From positions 248,001-312,000 of the forward strand of contig JBLWGC010000043.1 of assembly GCA_048772705.1 (NCBI GenBank): a DNA stretch of 64,000 nucleotides. The letters run 5' to 3'. Positions 13,861-25,062 of the stretch are shown in pieces. The stretch is from Leidyana gryllorum EB-2025a. Taxonomy: Eukaryota > Protista > Apicomplexa. Under the pieces are notes generated by a model. That model saw only the letters and a list, made by a program, of their open reading frames with translations, had not been told where the DNA came from and made no database searches. A program made the position numbers and the translations under genes. Within the stretch, counting starts at the first letter, position 1. Every line of letters begins with the position of its first letter.

Positions 13861-16800
13861 ATGGAATGGGGGCACGGAGAGAGTGTGGTGGCCTTGATAG
13901 TCTCCTGCTTGACGGAAATTGACAGCTCACGGCGAAACGCGAATCGCAGATCTGATTCTATTGTGTGGTTATTGAGAACACTGCGCGCTTTGGTTCAAGC
14001 AGTGAGTGTATGTGATCTCTCCAACTTTAAGATATGATCGTAGTCAACGGCGTCTGACATCGTTCTCTTCACCGCTAATTATGGGTCCAAACTGAAAGTC
14101 CCTGAACATGTCTACAGAGCCGACGGGGAGTCAGCGCTGCTATCCTGGCTATTCTACTCCGTACGAGCCCCATTCGTTTTCCGGCCTCCATCCGCCTCGA
14201 AATGGACTGTGGATGTGGAACGACACCTGGCTCTCCAAATACTGGGACGGCTCTGGAGTGCATCGTTCGTGGGCCCATTGACCGCAGTCGTTGACCACAT
14301 AAGCAATGCCTACGACGCCAAGAGCCTCTTATTCTTCGAATTTCAACATCTTATCTCTCCACTAAATGAGCTCCAGTTGGACGCAGAAAGTGCCCTCCGT
14401 TTGTACACTTACATAGCCGCCACTCGAAATTTGGTGGCATTGTACCTGCGACGGCTGAGTCAAAGCGCTCAAGAAGAACAGCGATCGTATGCTCTCTTCG
14501 TCAACCAGTTGCGGAACGATGTCGGTTATGGTTGCACTTTACCTCTGAGGAGCACACCGCAGTCGAGGTCTCAATCGGTGAAACGTGAAGACCCCTCAAA
14601 ATCTTCCTCTCCAAATCTGAGTGCTTTCATGATATACTATGTGCTCAAGTCACTCCACGAGATAGCTCGCATTTCCTCTCTCCCTGCTGCGATGACCGAC
14701 TCGGGGGAGGATATCTCTTCGTCGCCGTCAATGAGTTCCGGTGTCAGTGTGAAGAGGCTGGGAAACTTCCACGCTCACAAACGACATGGACAATTGGCTA
14801 TTTGGACCACATGTGTTCTACTGCTATCCAACTGTTCTGATACACTGCTCGACTCGTGCATCTTCCATGGTCTCGATTCGGGTGTTGCTCTCTCAGAGCA
14901 AGCCAAGTCGCTGAGGGTAAGTAGGAAAGAAGCTGGCTCAAGATCGCACGCACACACTTCAGATGCTGCTGGAGGAGTATGTTTATTCTTTCAACTTGAT
15001 CTCTCAAATTGCCCGATTGCACTATCAAACGAGCGCGTTGAAGTTCTGCTGCAGGATGGGGAATTCGTTGTACTGCTGGGTATGGCCATCGGTCTTATCA
15101 TCAAATGAGACGTTCAGTAGGTCAAACCAAAACTAGGGAATTCCCTCCGGCGGACGGTCGAGCTTGCCATCTTCCTGGATAACGGTGTGATGCACTCCAA
15201 GTTCCCTGGAGTCATCCGGTCACAGATCAACTCTCTGTGTGCCTTCATGTTCATGGACGAAGGCTACAGCCTGTGCAAACGAGTCAAAAGTCGCCCAACT
15301 TGGGACCCCGACGGCTCGATCTCGGATTGGCGACAGTCCACTGCTGTCTGGTTGGAGTTAGTCCGTTCACCGGTGTGGATCGGAAACGAGTTGGACGGAT
15401 TAGTCCCGGGCTTCCGCCGATTGACGCAAGCCATTCTCAGTTGCACCACCTATCTCAGCTTCCTGCGATTGACTCGTTTGACAATGACTACAATGAGCAC
15501 TTCTCTCGGGATGGGCGGGCTGCCTTCATCCACCACCCAAGCGTTCGAGACGCTTCGGCGTCGTCTTCAAAGTGTGAATGAAGTGGAACCTCGACACCTC
15601 GCGCTCGGGGACGCCTTGGGTTTGCAGTGCTGTTATGCTCTTGCGAAGGCCGGCGTGCCAGGCGCTCTGCGTGGTGAGCTTCGCGTCATTAACATCTCGT
15701 CATACCGTCCCCTACATAGAGGTTTCGTACCGGTCCCAACTGACTGCGACTCGTCAGAGTATTGCCTATGTAGCTCTGCGAGCCGTCCAACGGACAGCAC
15801 GATACGGCCTGCGCATAATTAGGGATGGACTCGGAAGTAGGGTTTGGGAAGCCAAGAGGAATGTGGAACCTGACATTAGCATCATTCGGGAACTCGACAC
15901 CAGATTCCCACAATTGCAGCACTTCATCACTCGGGATGCCGAGGAATGGCTGCTGGTCAATCCGCCCGATGCCAACTTGCCCGAAGATATAAGGCCACCA
16001 AGTTTGACCGACGTCGTTGAGTATTGTGCCCGGTTAGAGCTAGAGACAGCCATTGCCATGATAGAAGAAGGTGCTGGGTACTTTGCCAGCGTTTGGAAGG
16101 TAAGCACTCGGATTGATTGAACCCTTTGATCTCAACGCTGTCGGTTGCCCTCTCAGGTACCTCGTCCAAAGTCTGTTGGTGTCAAGTCCACGCGCCATCA
16201 ATTCTATCCAGTCAATACTGCAGGTTATTATTTCTTCCCTCTATGTGATTCTCAATGGGCACCGACCAGCTGTCAAAAACGAATGGTGAAGGAGAGAGAT
16301 GCGATTCAGAGAAGCACTGGCCGTATTTCAGAGTTGGGAGGATCGGAAAGCACACTGGTAAGCCGAGTTAATGAGTTGGAGTTGATCTCATCTTCATTAT
16401 ATTTTCTCAACCAGTCTCCGATACCCCCTCGCGAGATTGCATCTCCCCGGTTATTTGAATTAACCAACTCCGTCAAGTCAGCTGCCAACCATTACGTGTT
16501 ATGGAATGCAGTGACATGGCCGGGCTTGTCCAACATGTCTCACACGTTCGAGAAACTTCGAGTCTCGGACACGATCACGAATTCGGATGCGACCTACTTT
16601 GGCGTAGGACGAGATCCCAGCAAAGAGAGTTGCGAGATGGGAGATTGGTTAGACGGCCAGATGGACTCTTTAAGTATGAGAAGCACCACGACTGCCGAAA
16701 GTCGAGGAGAATCGCGGGACTTCTCACCGTCAGCCCCCAAAGATGAGGGATCAGCATCGGACATTGACAGCAGCTCGTCGGGCTCTTTAGGCCCCTGCGA

Positions 16801-19800
16801 CGAACCTTCCGCCGATTTGATGATGGAAAAGGGACGCCGCGAGGCTTGGGCACCGAGTGAATTGGAGTGCCTTGTCTCTGGCTGGAGTCTGAAGAAAAAG
16901 TTCATGTTCTGGAGCGCTTGGTGCTTCCGACAGAGTCGGCAGGCGCTGGCCTTGTGTCTCCGACGCGAGGAGCTGATGTGGGTGGGACGGTTCCACCCGA
17001 CGCTGAGTCTGTGCACGCCTGAAACTGGTCGCCTGTATCTCGAAGCTCGCTTGCAAACTACAGAGTCCCGTGCGACCTACGGGCCGCAGCTCAACGAGGC
17101 TATAGAGGAGCTGGTCCTCACCTCTGGTACAGTTGTCCGAAAGATAGACAGCGAAACAGGGGAGTCGAAATTCGAGCCGGTTCAACCGGCGACTGGGAAA
17201 TGGAATTGGCTGGAGATTCTGAAAATTGCAACAACAGTATGTGTCACGAGTCTTCCTGACGTGAGAGAGAATGCGGCGATTTATGCGTTCACTCTCGCAA
17301 TGCAGAGGTGAGACATACTTTGTGGGAGCATAGATCTTCAAATCCTCACTCAGGTATTATGGCGTTGATGGCGAGCGGATAGTTAGGAATGTTGCACGCC
17401 AGCGGAATGTCAACACCATTGATTTGGTGGGGAACGAGTATAATTATTGCTTGCCTGGCATAGCCGGAGTGGCCTTATTACACTCGTGCGTCGCCTATTC
17501 CGAAACTGTACGCCACCGGAGAGTGCCGTTCGACGATCTCATAGACGACATGATCCGTCGAATGCGGAATGGGTTGATAAAGGTCCTCAACGCCGTCAAA
17601 GAATCGCATCCTCTCGACTTGGCTCGTTTGCAGGGAGTCATATGCCTCCTGCATCACTGTATGGGGAAGGTGGAAGGAGACGCGTGAGCGACACACACTC
17701 TTTGCAAACACGATCTTATGCGACATATTCTCTTAGATCACAAGCTGTTGCTTCTCTGATGCTCCTAATTGCCGAAAGAGTTGAAGAGTTCGACCTCAAC
17801 ACCGTTACACGATTCACTTCCTGCTTGAGTCCCGGAGTGGCAAAAGGTCACTTTGAGGTTCTATGCAAGGTGAGTCTAGCTAAGCCGCATCCACTTGTAA
17901 CTCTTGGCCCCAGTTGCTCGAAACCAACCAACCTCTCCAAGCCTATGCCATCCTTACTGTTGTTGGCCAGCAGTACTTGTACCCGTCTCTCGAGATGGGA
18001 GGGTGGGGAGACGGCCGCCAAGTTTTGATCGATCGGTTATTCGAGGTGCTACTGCAACTGCGGAAGCGAATGTTGAACATGAGGTTGTCTTCTCAGTGGG
18101 ATCAGCGAAGCAAAGCGAATCCCAGTTTGGACTATCAGTTCGTATTGTTGTCTTCGATGTTGGACGCTCAGCTGCACACAGTTGCTTTGATGTCACACTC
18201 CCAGACGTTCGCAAAGGCCGTCATTGAGGGAGAGAACGGAACGGCGCGCTCGTTCCGTCAATTGTGGTCGAGCAGCGCTCTTATCCCATGGAGTTTGCGG
18301 CAGGCCTTACTGCTGAAGGTCGATATCTTCCCTGCTCATGAGGTCCAAGAAGTGCTCTCAGAGTGGCTGCTGAGCTTCCCCTGCCATGATTTACCCTATG
18401 ACGCTCCGCTATCCCTCCGTCTGGAGAACTTCACCTACTCCGTTCCTTTCTGCACAGACGGGATGGTTGTGGGCGCTCGCGACCGAGTCAAATATCAGAC
18501 TTCCATGGGAGCTCCCAGCTCCCGCATTCTCATGTTCAACCGACCCGCAGTAGTTGCCACACTCACCACCCGGCCAAAAGTATCGAGCAGCGCCAACAAG
18601 AGCGGCAGCACCTGGAGACGGGGTCACTGGCGGCCACGAGGGATGTCGATGAAGATCTCAGTGTCGCTCAGAATCCGTCGACGACGGCTCAACGGCGTGG
18701 CGCACCAGCTTTGGTCCATCAACGATATGCTCGATACCACACCAATGCACGCTTCATGGCATTGCTACATAGAGTGCGGCGACTACAGCGCCTGTGTTCC
18801 CATTATAATGCGTCCCCTCCCCGTATCACCTGATACCCTAACAGAGCTGTTCGAGGACACCGCTCCAAAGCTGTGAGTCGCTTTTCTCTGGTCGTACGTT
18901 GAAACATCGAGTCTTCGAAGCAGATACACTGCAGACCATTGGTTCTGGCCGTTTGTCGCACACCCGGAAGTGGACGTGACGGCGCCACACTCGTGTCCGA
19001 GACGGCGAATGATCACATTAAGTTATCTGTTGCCGTGGCTCTCCACTCGTAAGAACGTAGATCCCGCGCCCGAGAGAGGCTTGGACACCTGGGCGAGAGA
19101 TTTGCTTCCCACATACGGCGATGGGAACTCGATGTGGTTTAGTGCCACAGGAGTTTTTGTTGACCCATTGACACATCTGGGGACTTACCCACCTGACACT
19201 CCGATTCGATGTGCGCTGTCGCTACATTTGCACACGCAGTATCTTGCCTCGGGGTTTAATCCTTGCGCGAGCTCGCCCATAGTGTTTCTCAATCAGTTTG
19301 GGCAAATTTGCAGTCGCCCTGTGTGGCAAGTGGACACTTTGGGGGCCATCCGCCGACGTTGCCGAGAATCCCCCCACTTGGGTGCCAATTTTCGGATCTG
19401 CCACAACCCACGGTCGCGTAAGTGTCTCACTTAATGCATGGTTTGCTGAAGTAAACGACTTGACAGAGTATCAATGGGTTTGTGCCGAAGCTCGAGGCGC
19501 AGATTTTGCGAGATGCCAGTCGAAGCGCGCCTCCATGGAGTGGGACGCGGACTCGATAGATTATCACTTGATCGGTCTATCCTTTGTGTTTCGGATGTAC
19601 ATTCTGGCAGACGAGGACCAGACGCAATGGTTATCAGCGCATTTGAGCAAAATGGCACGCCGACTACAGAAACAGAATCGTGAATCCCCCGAGTCGCGGA
19701 GAATGGGAACGCAGGGACTCAAAGCACCGGTGCGTATGAAGTCGGCGGCTCGGGCCAAGTCGATGGCGGACTTATCTGTGCTGGAGACAATAGCAGAGGA

Positions 19801-21182
19801 GAGTGAACACAACGTTACCACCAACCCCCATTATATTAAATGCTTAGAAACACTCCATCGAGTCGGATTGAGAGGAAAGAGGCCAGTGAATGCGTGGGTG
19901 CCGCCAACTCGGTGCTTCAATCCTCGAGCGCAAGCTAGTGTGCTGGGTATCCTGAGTGCCACCGGCACAGGAAGAGACTTTTTGACCCGTGACTTGGCCT
20001 GTCTGAATACTTGTAAGGCTTCATTGCTGGCCCACCCAGGCGTCCGAAAACGTCTGTTGGGGCTAACCGTTGAGCTTGGGGGTCGATATGATCGACATGA
20101 GAACAAGCTTATGATTATGGGTCAGGTCTTTGGCCCTCTGCGCCACCCAGGCGGGGCTGGGGCAGAGATGGCCTTGGCTTATTTGGGAAATGTGCGATCC
20201 AGCGACTCATCGTCGACTAAAAGTACTTCCCGAGCTTCCATTGAGCTGAGGACGCCCATTTCGCCAGGAAGTTTGCCAGACTTACAGAATCCTCTTGTCG
20301 ACTTTCACAACAAACCACTTCTTACTCGAGAGTCTGCACACACCTGGGACAAATACAGGTGGGCTGGAGATGTTTTGCTGTGTCACAGAGATCTCTCCTT
20401 CCCGCGATAGAATCCTGCAGGATTATGCTGGGACATTGATAGATGTGTTTCGCGAGGCGTATATAAGGAGCGCATTGGCAATACGGAATCGGAGTATGTG
20501 GTTGAGACGTGTGAGAGACCGAAGGATGAAGTCAGCGGTTCGACAGTTCATGAGCGCTCTGGACCCAACCCAGCCACTGCCTCTGCGAGTACGGCGTGCA
20601 TTGGAAGAGGATCACCTGACGGATCTGTACGGTCGTCCTTCACTGATCAAAGCCCAAGAGGTTCAGAGACTCGAGTGTCCGGCAATGTCGTTCAGTGCTG
20701 AGCACCTTCAGATTGTCAAACTGGTAGCCGTCTCGTAGTGACGACTGGTGATGAACACTTTGTTTCACAGGTGTGCGAGGTCAGAAACGTGATATTGCGG
20801 AATCCGAAACGTCTGCTGGAGACCATCATGATGATCGCGTGAGTTTGACGGTAGACTAAGTATTATTATTGGACTGTCGTTTGTAGGTCACATCACCCAA
20901 ATCTATTCCTGTCAATTGAACTCTCATGGCGGTTGTGGAAAGTAATGGAAATATATGATTTCGATGGCGAGACTGCGTAAGCTGGCTGCTCTGTGTTGGG
21001 TGGAGACTGCAATCTGTTGTGTTTGATGCAGACGACATTTGATAAGATTGATGGATCCCGTTGACCGTGAAGAAGCGGTACGAAGCTCAGAGTTTGAGCA
21101 CAAAATCTTGTGGGATGCATTAGAGTGGGGGTGGCTGCTGTATACCAAACCATTGAGACATCAAGAAGGGGTCGCCTACTAG
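13861..21182 (+). CDS. Giant uncharacterised multi-exon protein, family paralogue 3
   Basis: ATG at 13861 (MEWGHGESVVALIVSCL...LRALVQA). Motifs DWRQSTAVWLELVRSP, GLQCCYALAKAG, YPVNTAGYYFFPLCD, LSPGVAKGHFE, LRLENFTY, HPGVRKRLLGLTVELGG, FSAEHLQIVKL, SIELSWRLWK, LWDALEWGW. TAG at 21180-21182 after three short terminal exons that the ORF track does not show. Confidence 0.85.
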
Positions 21183-21199
21183 AACTAGTTGCCCAGAAA

Positions 21200-21295
21200 G
21201 GAGAGAGAGGGAGATACGCACAGACAGACAGACAGACAGTTCATTGACTAGACGCCCATATTGATCGATATACAAGGTGGAGAGAGAGAGAGATC
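21200..21295. repeat. (GA)n and (GACA)n microsatellites between convergent 3' ends
   Basis: gagagagagggaga, cagacagacagacagacag and gagagagagaga runs are visible. Confidence 0.8.
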
Positions 21296-21396
21296 GAGAT
21301 TGTCGTAGCCCCCTCCCTGATCTCTCAAATCATTCACTCATGCCTGTTTTCTCTCTGCGCTCTTTGCTCAATGGTCGATCACTCTCATCAATCAGT

Positions 21397-21749
21397 TCAC
21401 CATGCTCTCATTCCGTTAGATTCAGTTGCTGAGTCACAGCGAAATATAGTGTGTGAGTCGAGATGAGGCGATTTGTTGGGGTCTGAGCCCCACAACACCC
21501 CAGACTCGGTTGACCATGAGCCGCTTCGCGTTAGAAGACCAGAGCAGGTACTTAGACTTTGCCATTTTTTCATGGCACCCGTCTCGGCCGACATTTGCGC
21601 GTCCGTAGGGGGCGAGTGCTGACATGGTGGATTGCATTGTATACTTAATTGGTCAGCATTACCTCCAACATTGTAGTTGCTCCACTGGATACACTCGCGA
21701 CATCCTCATAATACCACAACTTTCCCTCTTCGGGTTTGGTTGAAAGCAT
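21397..21749 (-). CDS. Small two-exon orphan protein (about 102 aa)
   Basis: ATG at 21749 follows a T5 run. Exon 1 is MLSTKPEEGKLWYYEDVASVSSGATTMLE. A 44-nt GT-AG intron (21662-21619) joins it in frame to ORF 21397-21594. No recognised domain. Confidence 0.5.
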
Positions 21750-21779
21750 CCCAAAAACTAGGTGACAGGCGCACTTGTT

Positions 21780-24700
21780 TCACTGGTCAGACAAAAATGG
21801 AGGAAAATATGCTTTAGGTTTATTGCTGGACCAACTCCAATACATACCCGCCTTGCTCACATCCGCCTTCTTCACTAGACTTGGATCCATCTGACCCAAA
21901 CCAATATAGCGCCTAACCAGACTACAGCATCCAAATTCGGCTTCAATCAGCACATCATGTCTTAGAATACTACCGTCTTGACCGTCCACGAAATCCTCGC
22001 CGCCAGGATGAACTCTGTGCAGCACTTGGGTCAGATCCAAAAGACTGCGACCCATTGAAGATCGAACTCGGCCAGATCTCCCGCCGATTACGAAAAGTCG
22101 ACACAACTGTCCCGGGTATTGGTTCCGGAGCCCCTGGAGGCTCTGCGAAATGTTCGCCGGCACAGCGGAGCACGTGGAATCCTTCATGTCCACTATCACA
22201 TTAAACTTGTCGTAACGCCCTTCAACAGTCAGATACCGCATACCCCAATAAAGTAAAGCTTCCAATCCGCCACAAAGCAGTCTGATGTCAAACTGAGTCA
22301 GACACTTCGCCCTCACGACCAGATTCGGGTTCGCTTGCCGATCGCGACCGTACCAATACATCACATTTGCCTGCCAAAGGGCCGTCGGGACTCTCTCCAC
22401 TGGTATGGGTTCCCATGTCAACGCATTCTGGGCCAAACATTCAGCCGCCTCTATGGCTCCGGCACTACTGCCGCCACCCGGAGGCAGACCCCACACGAGA
22501 CGTCTGAGCAACTTGATGTTGGATGGCGATCTCGTGTATAACATCATTGTAGAGGACTTGAGAGACTTGTCCATTGTTCTCGATCGCTCAAAGGTCATAC
22601 ATAACCGGGTAGCGACCTCGTCGACTTGGGCCTTCAGCGACGGGTTCAGGAGTGGGCCGGATCTCTTCTTTTTACTGCCGTACCCATATCCACCCTCTGA
22701 AATGTACGTGGAAGCGCTGAGGGGATCCAAAGGATTCACAGCCATCGGCATACTTCGTAGATAGGAAGCTGTGAGGATTGCACGCCCGTGCACCAGCACA
22801 CCGCCAATGTCGAGGAACGAAGAGGGAGTATCCTCCCAACCCCCCACAGGACGGAACTGAGTTCGTGGTGGGTAATAGTCTTCAGGTCGCGGCATCGTGC
22901 CTCCAAACTTGATCGGAATGCACTCCTTGTGCAACCATTGCTCAAAGAAGGCAGCGCATCCGTAAGTGGCCGCCTCCTCAGCTACCACCAAGACTTTTAC
23001 CGGTGTGGTGGAAGTCAATGCAGGTTCACTCGGCTCAGAACATGAGTGACCAGTGGTGTTCAAACGAGCCCAAGGACTACTTTCAGTCGCCCAGTTACGG
23101 CTGTGTTGGATGACTCGCATGCTGCCGATATATCCAGGGAGATGTCTGAAAGCGGACTTCTCCAGGGTGTCACACAACACTTTGACAGCCTCTTGGTAGC
23201 CTTCAGGGTATTCCCAGGTGTCGTCAATGAGCAACGCTAATTGCTCGACTTTGCCGTGAACCATGAGATGCTGAACGAAGAAGCACAGCCAAAAGCCGAC
23301 GACTAGACTGGTCAGTTTGGGCAAATCTTCAACTCCCCATTTCTGCCATTCGAATATCGCCTTGACATCCAGATGGAGCAGTGGTCTCCACTGCAAATCA
23401 TTTCCATCGAGAAAGATTGCACCGGATGCCAGAAATGGACGCAGAAGATCACCGTCAAATACAAATGGGCCTTCCTGGGCGAGCCACAGAGTGGCGTCCA
23501 GACATCTCATCACAGAGTTTTCAGGATCAAAGCGCTCCAATTGCATATATCGCAAGACTGGTCGTGGCGTAAAGAGATTAGTTGAATCACCAACATCCTG
23601 GAGGTTGAATAGAAAGTGGACCAGATATTCCTCCAAACTGCGTATCCATTCCTCTGAATTGTTCTCCGACCAAAAGGTCAGCAACGATTCAACGGATTCC
23701 GCATCTCGGGCTTGCTTAGACAAGCCTTTCAGCAAGCTGCCGTGCATTTGCACCAAGGACAGAACGTACGTCCGCAACTTTCTGAACTCTGCGAGCTCCA
23801 CATCACTCAGTGACGTGCGTTCTCCATAGAATATCGCTCTCTTGGGAGATCCAGAATAAAACATTTGATCGATCGGTAGCCAAGGGAACTTGGCGTACTC
23901 GGCGAACGGATAGTAAGGGTATCGGGGTGGTCCAGCTCTCTCGGGTGGGACCATTGACCTCCGTACCAGATGTGGCCATCCAAACGCATATCCATTGCTA
24001 AAACGTGGTTCATTGAATACTTCATCAAGGGATCGGGCTTTGGGTGCTGAGTAGAATTTCATAGGACAGCAAACCCTAATCTCATCTCGATGCGGCTGCT
24101 GCTTCGGTATGCCCGTCTCGGATCGGCCAGCTCCGTCCTGCGTACTAACGGGCCGATCCTCGAAAATGTAATCGAGCGCTGTATTGACTTTCTTCAGCCA
24201 TTTCGCTACGACACCGAACTTCTCCTGGCTCTCAGTGATTATTTGGCTCTTAAGATTCTCGACGGGACTCTCGAAAACCGAGTCTGAATCACCTTCTGAA
24301 GCCGGAGGAGCCTCAGTCGCCGGTGTTATTAGAGACTTATTCATAGGATTGGCTCTCTCATCTTCACATGCTTCTATCTCACTTGGTTGGCCAGGGGGGG
24401 ATGACCAGATATTCTGGCTCTGCTCAGCCGGCAGCGTCGGCTTGAGCAGCGTCCGTCCGTCTCCGACCGTGAACGCTCCTTCCGGGGCCGAGCGGTGTAA
24501 AGCCAAGTTTCCGCTGGAATGAGTGAGCAACGGAGCACTCTGGTGGAGGTCGGCCGACTCGGTTAGGGAGCTTTTAATGCCCGCTGAACCTGTGTTGTCG
24601 AGAGGCATATTTGTCTCGAGTACACTATCAGTCAGCAGCTCGACATTGACACTTGGGGGCCGGCTGGGTTGGTTCACCGGAGCAATCTGCTCAGTGTCCA

Positions 24701-25040
24701 CCCTGCGGTTCTCAGCCTTGTCGTTTTCGGTACCCCCATTCGGGGACGAATCGTCCTGTGTGGCTGTCCACTTCTTCTTCTTGTTGACCCGTTGGGTTTT
24801 GCGAGTGGGGTCGATGAGGACTTCAACGCCCCCACTGTTTCTTGTGATGAGGCCACCCTGTGTGGAGGTCTCTCTTTTGAGAGTTTGACGAGACGCAGAG
24901 ACTCACCGGGACAGCGTTTAAGAGGTCATCGCGGAAGACTAAATCAGAGTCGGCAGACTGTGCGAAAAGTTGTGTGGGGGATCGATTGTGCCGAAGGAAC
25001 CTACCGGATCTTGCCAGCCAAAAGTGGGAGTATCTGGCAT
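21780..25040 (-). CDS. Sec14/CRAL-TRIO lipid-binding protein with two CRAL-TRIO-like modules
   Basis: 973-aa ORF extended 5' by two short exons (ATG 25040; an intron at 24906-24858). Two Sec14-like segments: GAIFLDGNDLQWRPLL...GKVEQLALLID and VMYWYGRDRQANPNLVV...GRYDKFNVIVDMKD...NQYPGQLCRLFVI. Confidence 0.75.
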
Positions 25041-25062
25041 TTTTTAGTGTCTTATCTATGTG

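Noticed and set aside
1-21182. Pseudogenisation or an alternative genetic code to explain the fragmented ORFs
   Set aside because: The breaks I examined coincide with canonical GT-AG introns that restore frame, and TAA, TAG and TGA all act as ordinary stops.
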